IMG/VR virus record: IMGVR_UViG_3300046787_000390
Location: 1 to 64,000 of that record
Source of the DNA: a virus
Reading direction: 5' to 3' (one strand)
Length of the DNA stretch: 64,000 nucleotides
Every line of letters starts with the position of its first letter. The stretch's first letter is position 1. This document shows positions 1 through 8,328 of this stretch, piece after piece. A program made the position numbers and the translations under genes. The notes below the pieces were generated by a model, which made no database searches, had not been told where the DNA came from, and saw nothing but the letters and a program-made list of their open reading frames with translations.

Positions 1-2360
1 TCAGGCTTGCTGTTTGTTTTTAACACGTTAACAAAATCTTTGATCACTGTGCCAGTTCTGCTATCATATACTTGTTCAGCACCGTAAAAGAAGAAACGGT
101 TTTGCAAGACAGAACCAAAGAAATATTCAAGTGCTCGCGAACTTACAGTGTATGTGCTACCGTCTGTAACAAATTGAACGAGCCAGCTTGCATCCAATCC
201 TGTGCCTGCGGTACTTCCAGCATTTGATAAACTAAAGTCAGCGCCTTGGGCTAAGTTAGTTGACGTAATCAAATACCAAGATCCAGCAGTGCCTGTGATG
301 TCGCCTTGGCTATCATATCCAATGCCAAAATTTCTGTTTAACAAAATTTGGTCAGACATTGATTTTTCAAATTCAACTGCTAAGTCAGTAATAAAAATTG
401 GAATTACATCTGTAGCAATAGCACCAGTGGGCACAAAGTTGTTTAATACTACAGGTCCGACACCACTAGGCAAATTACCTGCGCCGTTGCTGGTTCCATC
501 TAAGTATACACTAGTTGGGCTTGCCCATACTACTAATTTTTCATCAGCGCGAGTCGGAACACCAGCCTTGAGTCTGTTATTGGCGTCAAAGTAATATCCT
601 GCAGGAGGCTCAAATTTAACCAAACTACCAACTATGATATATTTTTTATTATCAGCGGTATACGGACCAACTGGCACAGGGTTGCCAATATTGTTTTTAA
701 AATATCCAGTTGTTGTGTTGGAAATTGTGGTGCTTTGATTCCAAGTTACTATCAACCCAGTTAAACTAGGTCTTGGGAATTCAGCATAGTAAAATTGCTG
801 CATTAAACTTGCACGTAGAATAGGTTGAATTCTGTTACTGATAATGTTTGCAACTTCATTACTGGTTGAGTAAGTGAACTGGAACGCTGGCAATGCATAG
901 TTCTCATACAGCGCACCGTCGCTAGAAAAATTGTTAGTAGATGCATACTTTCCAGTGCCATCCACTAACTCAAGGTATCTACTTGTGCCAATGCTTGCAC
1001 GGTTCAATGCCTTAGATTTAATAATTGAGTTGTAAGCAGTGAACGGAAAGTTGTTGTAGTCTTCGCCGTTAACCATGCGGTTTTGTGTGTAATAACGAGC
1101 AGGGGCACGTTGCTTAATCTCGTCGATTGTTTCACGTGGTTGAGCATTAGATACTGGGTTTGTGATACCGCAAGTAAATGTTATTGTCTCTAATTGTCCT
1201 GTACGACTGATGTAGCTGATTGGAATCACTACACTTTGCATTTCTTCAGGGTTAATGATATACTGTAGTCCGTTGGAAGCACGAACATAGGTTCTGAAAG
1301 TTCCAACAGGGATGGCAGAGAATACACCATCACCAAAGTTTAATGTGATTTGATCGTTAGTTCTGCTTGTGATTGAGAATAGTTTTCTAACACCAGGTTC
1401 AGTTTGTTCAGCGGCAGCGGCATATACACTTTCAACATACTTCCACTCTGATGCAACTGACCCAACATCGTCAAGTTGGTATAACCAATGATCGTCGTTG
1501 TTACATCCTTCGATGTTGATAGGCACAGCTCTGTTGCTAACACGGTCAGCTAAGTTAAAGTCTTGGCTTTGCAAGACACCTTGCTTAAACAAGAAGAAAT
1601 AACCTGTATTTGCTGAATTAAATCCCAGGGCGTCGTTACGGAATAAAATGTTAAATTCACCGTTGGGCTGTGGACTTGGTTCGTATACATATTCCTTGTT
1701 CACCGAAGTAGCATTTACTGCTTCAAACGGCATGCTTACTCCGTCAACTACCGCAGTATAAGGAATAACCGGCAGATATCCTGTTACCAAGTTAACAGTG
1801 TATTCCGATGTGTCAACACCTAAAATTTCAGTTCTGTTGCCCGGACGTCCAATACGTTGGCTGCTTACTAAGCTAGCATTGATAATAGCAGAGAACTGCT
1901 CTTGCCAGTTAAAGTTAGTTGGGTCAGCCCAATCAACCGTAACGTTAGCTAAGTTAATACCATTTACATCTGTAACATTTTCTGTTGTAGTTACAGAAAA
2001 AACTTTAAGGTAGCCAGAAGCAGATGTATTACGCTTAGGTGTATAGCTCACTAGGTTTGCTAATTTCACAACACTGTCACGACGCTCTGCTGTGTCAATG
2101 TAGCTCTCTCTTGCGTTTAAGTCGTTGCGGAAAGCTAACGATTGCCCCATAAACGCAATAACGTCGAGCAATGCGATAAATTCCGAACTTTCGATGTAAT
2201 CGTTAAAAGTTTCTGGGTAGTATAAGCGTAGATAGTCTACAAAACTTTTACGTAACGTTTCAAAGTCGTAGCTCTGGAAGTCAGCTTCACGATAAGTTTG
2301 GTAGATTCTTTTCCAATCCTCTACCCCAAAAATAGCAGTTTGTCTTGTAGTCTTAGCCAT
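1..2360 (-). CDS. gp6: Baseplate wedge subunit, T4 gp6-like (3' end runs off window)
   Basis: Not in the ORF track; read manually from ATG at 2360: MAKTTRQTAIFGVEDWKRIYQTYREADFQSYDFETLRKSFVDYLRLYYPETFNDYIESSEFIALLDVIAFMGQSLAFRNDLNARESYIDTAERRDSV, a typical gp6/baseplate J N-terminus; follows the gp25-like gene; late promoter motif upstream. Confidence 0.85.
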   Translation of the reverse strand, partial: MAKTTRQTAIFGVEDWKRIYQTYREADFQSYDFETLRKSFVDYLRLYYPETFNDYIESSEFIALLDVIAFMGQSLAFRNDLNARESYIDTAERRDSVVKLANLVSYTPKRNTSASGYLKVFSVTTTENVTDVNGINLANVTVDWADPTNFNWQEQFSAIINASLVSSQRIGRPGNRTEILGVDTSEYTVNLVTGYLPVIPYTAVVDGVSMPFEAVNATSVNKEYVYEPSPQPNGEFNILFRNDALGFNSANTGYFFLFKQGVLQSQDFNLADRVSNRAVPINIEGCNNDDHWLYQLDDVGSVASEWKYVESVYAAAAEQTEPGVRKLFSITSRTNDQITLNFGDGVFSAIPVGTFRTYVRASNGLQYIINPEEMQSVVIPISYISRTGQLETITFTCGITNPVSNAQPRETIDEIKQRAPARYYTQNRMVNGEDYNNFPFTAYNSIIKSKALNRASIGTSRYLELVDGTGKYASTNNFSSDGALYENYALPAFQFTYSTSNEVANIISNRIQPILRASLMQQFYYAEFPRPSLTGLIVTWNQSTTISNTTTGYFKNNIGNPVPVGPYTADNKKYIIVGSLVKFEPPAGYYFDANNRLKAGVPTRADEKLVVWASPTSVYLDGTSNGAGNLPSGVGPVVLNNFVPTGAIATDVIPIFITDLAVEFEKSMSDQILLNRNFGIGYDSQGDITGTAGSWYLITSTNLAQGADFSLSNAGSTAGTGLDASWLVQFVTDGSTYTVSSRALEYFFGSVLQNRFFFYGAEQVYDSRTGTVIKDFVNVLKTNSKP

Positions 2361-2405
2361 AGTAGTCCATTATTCCTTTATTTATGGCTACTAAAAACGG
2401 CTCAG

Positions 2406-2780
2406 TTAAACATAACTTGCGTTTCGTGAATTTTGATCAAAGAAGATTGACAGGCGCTCTGGCTCTGTGCTAGGGACTAAAAGTATTTCAATTTGTATGA
2501 GCATGCCATTTTCCTGCGGGAATACGTCGACCTGGGATATTTGTAATCTTGGATCGCCGCCGGCTACTCGTTGTATTTCGTTGATAATAGATTGTTCTGT
2601 TTCACTTGACTGATTGTCAAACAAACTATCCCACAATATTGTACCAACTTGTGGCCGTCCGGGAACTTGTCCTTGACGTATGTTAAGAGCGTTTAGTAAG
2701 TCACGTTTGATTAACGCCGAGTCTGTCAACGTGAACTTCTTGAATTGTCCTTGTGTATTAAAACCAATAAATGCAGGCAT
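2406..2780 (-). CDS. gp25: Baseplate wedge subunit, gp25/GPW-like
   Basis: 124 aa; LIKRDLLNALNIRQGQVPGRPQVGT..LFD and DPRLQI motifs typical of gp25; position between hub/spike and gp6. Confidence 0.8.
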   Translation of the reverse strand: MPAFIGFNTQGQFKKFTLTDSALIKRDLLNALNIRQGQVPGRPQVGTILWDSLFDNQSSETEQSIINEIQRVAGGDPRLQISQVDVFPQENGMLIQIEILLVPSTEPERLSIFFDQNSRNASYV

Positions 2781-2788
2781 GTGTATAT

Positions 2789-5206
2789 TTACCCTTGATT
2801 GTTACCTGGAGCAAAGCGGAATAACCCATCTTCTTCAGTTGTAGTTGGCTTATTAACTTTAATTAATGCACCATCGGCTTGTATAACCGTTTCTGTAGTA
2901 TTAGTAAATTCTGTAGGAGTCTCAGTGTACTGAGGTACTGGTACTTTAGGGTTGTCGATAATCTCGGCCATGTCCTGATCAACAACTTCTCGTTCGGTTG
3001 TTCCCTCTGCAGGCACGTTTACCAGGTCAATCTCCTCACCGTAATACTCAACAAAATCTATTGCAAACTGCCCTTGACGTGCTGCAATTTTTATTTCTGT
3101 TGTTTCTTCTGGCGTTGCGAATCCATCAACCCATTTTACAACATCAGTAACACCATATTCTGTAGCTGGTTGTAACAATGTAGCAACTAGCCTAGGATCT
3201 TCGTTTTCACTTACTGCACCAGAATCAACTAATCCAACAAATGCTGCGGCCATAAGTCCAACTTGCACAATATTTTGTATAGGCTTGCTGCTCAAGTAGT
3301 CTAATATACCACTAATGCCATATTGCCCAGACCAAACAGAATCAGAACTTAGCACTGTTGAAGGTGCCGCGCCACCACTGATTAATTTAAGAGACGACGA
3401 TTTAACAAATCCAGTGGATACCAAACCCTCGACGCTTTGTCCATAAACCCCGACACCCCTGCCGGGTTTGCCCAAGTCAGGGCCAACATATACAGGATTG
3501 TTGTCCTCAGTTAGTTGCCACCCTGGCATTAGATTGCCGTCGTCGTCATATGCAGGAAATTGCGCGGCCTTTGCGTGTGCTGTTTGAGCCGTTAACGCAG
3601 TTACTTGTGCAACCGATAATGGGCCAACCGCCGATACTGCAACTGGTTCAGCTACTAACTTTTCTAATGTCACACCGTTTTGAACTGGCTGTGCATTAAT
3701 TTCTTCGTAGGCTTTTCTAATAATACTATTTGAATCTGGAACATCGACTTTAACTGGATTCATATTAGTAGTAACATCTGCGCCTCGATTATGACCAAAA
3801 TAAGGTTCGTGTGACGGAGCTCTATTACAAACTGTCATCAGTGATGCATCTTTAATTGTCCATCCCTTACCTGTTATATATTCGGTGTCAGGAAGATTAT
3901 ATTCCGGTAACCCAGGGAACGCCGGCACCGGAATACTTTGACCACCGTTGAGATTTATCATTTTGCCAGTGAAATTAAGTTGAGAGTCGCTTCTTGCACT
4001 TACCATTTTTCCTTGCAGAGCAAGAGTTCCGTCACTTCTTAGTCCCAACGTTTGTGACGATGATAATAGTGCAAAGTTTTCTCCTTTCATCAGTAGTTTG
4101 TCATCACTTTCGACAATCATGGTTTGCTTACTTTTGATTCTAAAGTTTCCGCCGGAGAACATGTTTATGCCTTTGTCGCCATGGAAGTTAAGCACACCTT
4201 CGGATCTAAGATTAATAGAATTTGTAGAATAAACATCAACTGTTCCTTGTTTGCCAAGCTCAATCCAGGTCTGGCCGTTGGCATGGGTAATATAGAAGGC
4301 GTCACCGTCGTCACTCATTGTAATCTGATGGCCTTTAGCAGTGCGAATACGAACTAGTGTATCATTGCCATCAATATCTCCGTCGTCCATAACAAATGTA
4401 TGGCCGCCCTGCCGACCGACTACAGCGATGTCTTGTAGTTTAACTTGGCCTTTTTCAAATGCTGCCTTTAACGCCTTGTCTGTGCCACCGCCCTGATAGA
4501 TTGGCTTACCAGGTGTTGAAATGCCGTAACAGTTAGACGGGCTTTCTCGTTGAGCACTACTTTTAATTGGGCCACGGATAGGATCTTTATTTAGACCTTG
4601 CTGATATAAAATTGCTTCTACAGTGCTTTGTACTGGCTTTTCTTTGTCAAAGAATCTTGGATCGTCTGTAAATTTTGGATCAATGTCATTGACTTCTGCA
4701 ACCGGTGCCGCAGTAGTACCAGCAAGAAGTTGTTGTTGTGATGTACTATTTGCGCTGTAGTTAGACACTGCACCGATAGCAGGAATCATTCTGTTAATAC
4801 CGTCTTCTGGTATACACCCGAGATAATAGCCGCCAATTGTTGGGTCGCCGCCTACAAAGAAACATAAGACTCTTGTGCCAAGTTCCGGTGGGGTAAACCA
4901 CATACCATAACTATTTCTGTTTCCTGGATACGACCCTACTCCTGATGACCCAGACTGCTTTGTTGCTCCGTAAAATGGAGAGATGTATCTAACAGTTCTC
5001 CAGGTAGTTGGATCGTCTAAGTTTGGGCTTCCGTCAGCAGACACAGCACCAAATTGCTGAATCCAAACTTGAAGTCTTCCTGACCTTGTGTTGTCAATGT
5101 TGTTCACAACAATGCCTACAAACGGTCCCATTTCAACAGGGTTGCCGCCGCGGTCAAATTTGTATTCTTCGGGACGACCTAAACTTCTCTGTAAATTATC
5201 TGCCAT
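2789..5206 (-). CDS. gp5: Baseplate central spike/hub, gp5/VgrG-like
   Basis: N-terminal OB-fold signature (GIVVNNID..RSGRLQVWI; YGMWFTPPELGTRVLCFF), GHTFVMDD..RIRTAKGHQITMSD and beta-helix repeats. Confidence 0.75.
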   Translation of the reverse strand: MADNLQRSLGRPEEYKFDRGGNPVEMGPFVGIVVNNIDNTRSGRLQVWIQQFGAVSADGSPNLDDPTTWRTVRYISPFYGATKQSGSSGVGSYPGNRNSYGMWFTPPELGTRVLCFFVGGDPTIGGYYLGCIPEDGINRMIPAIGAVSNYSANSTSQQQLLAGTTAAPVAEVNDIDPKFTDDPRFFDKEKPVQSTVEAILYQQGLNKDPIRGPIKSSAQRESPSNCYGISTPGKPIYQGGGTDKALKAAFEKGQVKLQDIAVVGRQGGHTFVMDDGDIDGNDTLVRIRTAKGHQITMSDDGDAFYITHANGQTWIELGKQGTVDVYSTNSINLRSEGVLNFHGDKGINMFSGGNFRIKSKQTMIVESDDKLLMKGENFALLSSSQTLGLRSDGTLALQGKMVSARSDSQLNFTGKMINLNGGQSIPVPAFPGLPEYNLPDTEYITGKGWTIKDASLMTVCNRAPSHEPYFGHNRGADVTTNMNPVKVDVPDSNSIIRKAYEEINAQPVQNGVTLEKLVAEPVAVSAVGPLSVAQVTALTAQTAHAKAAQFPAYDDDGNLMPGWQLTEDNNPVYVGPDLGKPGRGVGVYGQSVEGLVSTGFVKSSSLKLISGGAAPSTVLSSDSVWSGQYGISGILDYLSSKPIQNIVQVGLMAAAFVGLVDSGAVSENEDPRLVATLLQPATEYGVTDVVKWVDGFATPEETTEIKIAARQGQFAIDFVEYYGEEIDLVNVPAEGTTEREVVDQDMAEIIDNPKVPVPQYTETPTEFTNTTETVIQADGALIKVNKPTTTEEDGLFRFAPGNNQG

Positions 5207-5219
5207 TGTATACTACCTA

Positions 5220-8024
5220 TTATTGATCTTTAACTATTTTTTGCGGCCCGGTTCTAATACCCGGTGCTGCAAAATTAGCTGCATTGTTAGTTCCAGCAGC
5301 AAACGATGATTTTGCCGCTTCTAGTGCTGCCGCAGGCGTTGCGCCGCCTCTTCGTGCTTGTATATACACTGGACTTGCCTGGAGCTGACTTAAACTTGGA
5401 TTGTCTGCTTGCACAGCCGGTGTCAGGAGTTGCTGTGTTCCTTTGGCCAACGACGACGATGGAGTCGGATCTGTAACAGTTGATCTTGTGTACTGCCATG
5501 GTATAGTCTTGGGATTTTGAGGTACACCCCTATTAGCAGCCGTTCTAATATCTTGAGGCGCTGGGCGACCTTCGCCCTTGCCCGGTGGGTAAAATACCAT
5601 CAACGACCCTTTAATCTCCTGTGTAAACTTACCTTTGTTAAAACTGCTGTTAAGTTCCTTGGCAATGTAAATTCTACTAAATTGTGCGTTCTCTGGCGTT
5701 TGTGTATATTGATTAGATTGTGTTGTAGAGTTTAATTTATCGGCACTGGGCTGAATTAAGCCTGTTGCTAAGTTATAGTCTCTAGGTGCGTTAAAGGCAA
5801 CTTCAAACAAGATTTGCTGACTGTCAAAATTGATTGTGCCATCAGAAAGGAACGCTCTAAAATAATAAGGATCGCCTTTGGGCAAAGATACAAACGCTTC
5901 CCCTTGTTGTAGCCAAGCAGGATCTCCCACAATCGACATATTACATTCTTTTAAGTCACCAGGATTGTACAGTTGATCCGATGCGTTGGCTGCTGGTTCG
6001 TTTGCCCGGCCTTCGGCACCCGATGTTGGCTGTCCGCTAGTAGTGCTTGGTGCGTATTTTAATAATTCGTTGATGTTTTCTGCGCCGCTCACTGAACTAG
6101 TCCCGGTTAGGTTTGTATTAGTCAGAACAAGATAGTACAGGCCATTCAAATTCTCTTCATAGCTCAAAACAGAATTATTTTGCCCAGTAAACCAATATTT
6201 GTAACTTTTATGAACACCATTATAAACTGGAGGTTTAAAATAGGTGCTGTTTAGCTGAGATACTTTGTATGGCGCAATAGTATAGGTTATCTTGTAAGCG
6301 TAGTCATTTCGTTTTTCGTCATACTGATCATATTTTGGTTCTGCCTTGAAACCAATTTTATACCAAGCAGTATTTTTTAAGTTTACACCTGGGCCAGCAG
6401 ATTCCTTGCCGTTGTTGGCATTAATAATAAGAGTTTGCTGGTCTCTAATGTAGCTACTATTTTTAATCTGGTTGTCAATAAACTGAACAATTTGTTGGCC
6501 AGCAGTAGCAGCGATTGTCTGCGAATTAGGATCCATGCTTTGCTTTGATCCAAGTTTCTGATCAGCCGCAGTACCCGGAGTTGACATCGAAGTTGCACTT
6601 TTATTTAGGCCAGGATTTATAATAGTAGCAGATGACATGCTATCAAGGATGAACTCAATATTGTATTCATCTGGATATTGGATTACGCCGTCATTTTTTA
6701 ATTTTTGTTGGTACTCGTTTAATGCTGTGACTAAACTTTGTCTAACTGTTTTTTTGTTAGTAGTAGCAGCGGGTGCGTTAGCAGGTGCAGTACCGTTTGC
6801 AGGTAGCCCCGATCCGCCAAGTACATCTTTAAGAGTTTTGCCGCTAAATTCTACGTTGTAGGGAATAGTACCTCGTTGAGAACTTGCATTAATTTGATAC
6901 GGAGGCGCCTTGGCAACAATTTCGTATTCAACTGCTTTGTTTGCAATTCTAAATCCTACTTTAGAAAAAATCAACGGATACCATTTTTCAACAAATGCGT
7001 TAGGATCGCTAGTACCGTTTTTGGCTGTGCCGCCACGTACTAAATTACCTTGAGCATCGTACCCATAGAATCGTACAACAAACAAATAAATCTGACTGGT
7101 AAAATTTCTTTTTTTGTTTTCTGCACTACCTAAAAATTGTTGCACCGCTGCATCAAGATTTTGTATGAAGCTTATGCCATTTGGTTCAACAATAGTCATT
7201 GAGATTTCTTTGACGTTATGTGACAACCGAACAGCCTTGCCAGCAATAAAACTTTTAATATCAAATCTGTCAATGTAGTAATCTAAATTAAAGAAATCGT
7301 TTCTGCCAGCTCCTTGCGGAGCTCCGCCAGTTTGTACCAATAGTTTTGCATTGGCTAAACTTTTACTACCTGTATTAATAGATTGCTGGTAAGAGTTTTT
7401 ATCCATCAAATACAAACTAGCCTGATAGGTATAGCTTGAATATTGATCGAGCACATTTGGCTGAGGGTTTATTTTATCTTCCCAGTCAATTGCATTCAAC
7501 GCCGACACAATCGGGCTGCTGCTGGCACCGCCGTCATCACCTGCTGCACCTACCCCTGGTCTGCCGCCCGGCTGTGGTGTTGTTGAATTAGCCCTTGTTG
7601 GGCCCGTGCTTGCATTTTGGCCGCCTGATGTTGCCGACGGGCTTTGTGTTTGTATGTAAGGTCGTAACTCAGCATCTGTGCCGAAGTCATTAATTTTAGT
7701 TGGATCAAACTTGATTGCATTTGACCCCGAAGTAGTGTCCGGTGCTGGCTTTATTCTACCGTTGTTAGACGTTAATATTCCGCCGCCAGGGTTAATCTCG
7801 TTGGCTCGGTCAACTTGTGCAGCTTGATCATCACGAACAACAGTCCCTGAGCTTGCAGTAGCCTGCAATGATTCAAGTTGTGTGAGAGTTACTCGTATTT
7901 GAGAATTTAAATCCTTTATCTGTGGTAACAGATCTTTTTCACCAGCTTCATATCGTGCGCCTAGTGCATCTCTCTCAGCAACCAATCGTTGATATTTGAC
8001 TTCTAGTTCGGCTATGCTCGACAT
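5220..8024 (-). CDS. Baseplate hub/tail-associated protein (934 aa)
   Basis: Long ORF between the gp53-like and gp5-like genes; NVLDQYSSYTY and IVGDPAWL motifs resemble hub proteins of related myoviruses. Confidence 0.55.
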   Translation of the reverse strand: MSSIAELEVKYQRLVAERDALGARYEAGEKDLLPQIKDLNSQIRVTLTQLESLQATASSGTVVRDDQAAQVDRANEINPGGGILTSNNGRIKPAPDTTSGSNAIKFDPTKINDFGTDAELRPYIQTQSPSATSGGQNASTGPTRANSTTPQPGGRPGVGAAGDDGGASSSPIVSALNAIDWEDKINPQPNVLDQYSSYTYQASLYLMDKNSYQQSINTGSKSLANAKLLVQTGGAPQGAGRNDFFNLDYYIDRFDIKSFIAGKAVRLSHNVKEISMTIVEPNGISFIQNLDAAVQQFLGSAENKKRNFTSQIYLFVVRFYGYDAQGNLVRGGTAKNGTSDPNAFVEKWYPLIFSKVGFRIANKAVEYEIVAKAPPYQINASSQRGTIPYNVEFSGKTLKDVLGGSGLPANGTAPANAPAATTNKKTVRQSLVTALNEYQQKLKNDGVIQYPDEYNIEFILDSMSSATIINPGLNKSATSMSTPGTAADQKLGSKQSMDPNSQTIAATAGQQIVQFIDNQIKNSSYIRDQQTLIINANNGKESAGPGVNLKNTAWYKIGFKAEPKYDQYDEKRNDYAYKITYTIAPYKVSQLNSTYFKPPVYNGVHKSYKYWFTGQNNSVLSYEENLNGLYYLVLTNTNLTGTSSVSGAENINELLKYAPSTTSGQPTSGAEGRANEPAANASDQLYNPGDLKECNMSIVGDPAWLQQGEAFVSLPKGDPYYFRAFLSDGTINFDSQQILFEVAFNAPRDYNLATGLIQPSADKLNSTTQSNQYTQTPENAQFSRIYIAKELNSSFNKGKFTQEIKGSLMVFYPPGKGEGRPAPQDIRTAANRGVPQNPKTIPWQYTRSTVTDPTPSSSLAKGTQQLLTPAVQADNPSLSQLQASPVYIQARRGGATPAAALEAAKSSFAAGTNNAANFAAPGIRTGPQKIVKDQ

Positions 8025-8025
8025 A

Positions 8026-8328
8026 TTAGAATCCTAATGTTTCTTGAAGCGTTGTGATCTTTGGCAAGTATATCAATGTTCCTGTTTTAAAATCCAGTGG
8101 CGGTGCTTGTAATGTATTAGGGTTTCGTTGATAGAATACCCACCATAATGTTGACGTCTGATATAAGTCATATGCCAACAAATCTGGTCTGTATTGATAT
8201 GTTTCTGTAATAACCCAATCCTGGTCGTCTTGAAATTTAGGAATAGGCCTGTTTACCATAACATCAAGATAAAATTGTGTGTATCCTGTATTAAAATACG
8301 GACTTGTTGATTCGTAACTTGTTGCCAT
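8026..8328 (-). CDS. gp53: Baseplate wedge protein, gp53/LysM-like
   Basis: YQYRPDLLAYDLYQTSTLWWVF..RNP motif. Confidence 0.7.
   Translation of the reverse strand: MATSYESTSPYFNTGYTQFYLDVMVNRPIPKFQDDQDWVITETYQYRPDLLAYDLYQTSTLWWVFYQRNPNTLQAPPLDFKTGTLIYLPKITTLQETLGF

Noticed and set aside
202-2013. Short ORFs in the track at 202, 1340 and 1798
   Set aside because: They overlap the continuous minus-strand gp6-like frame, which the track omitted because it runs off the window.
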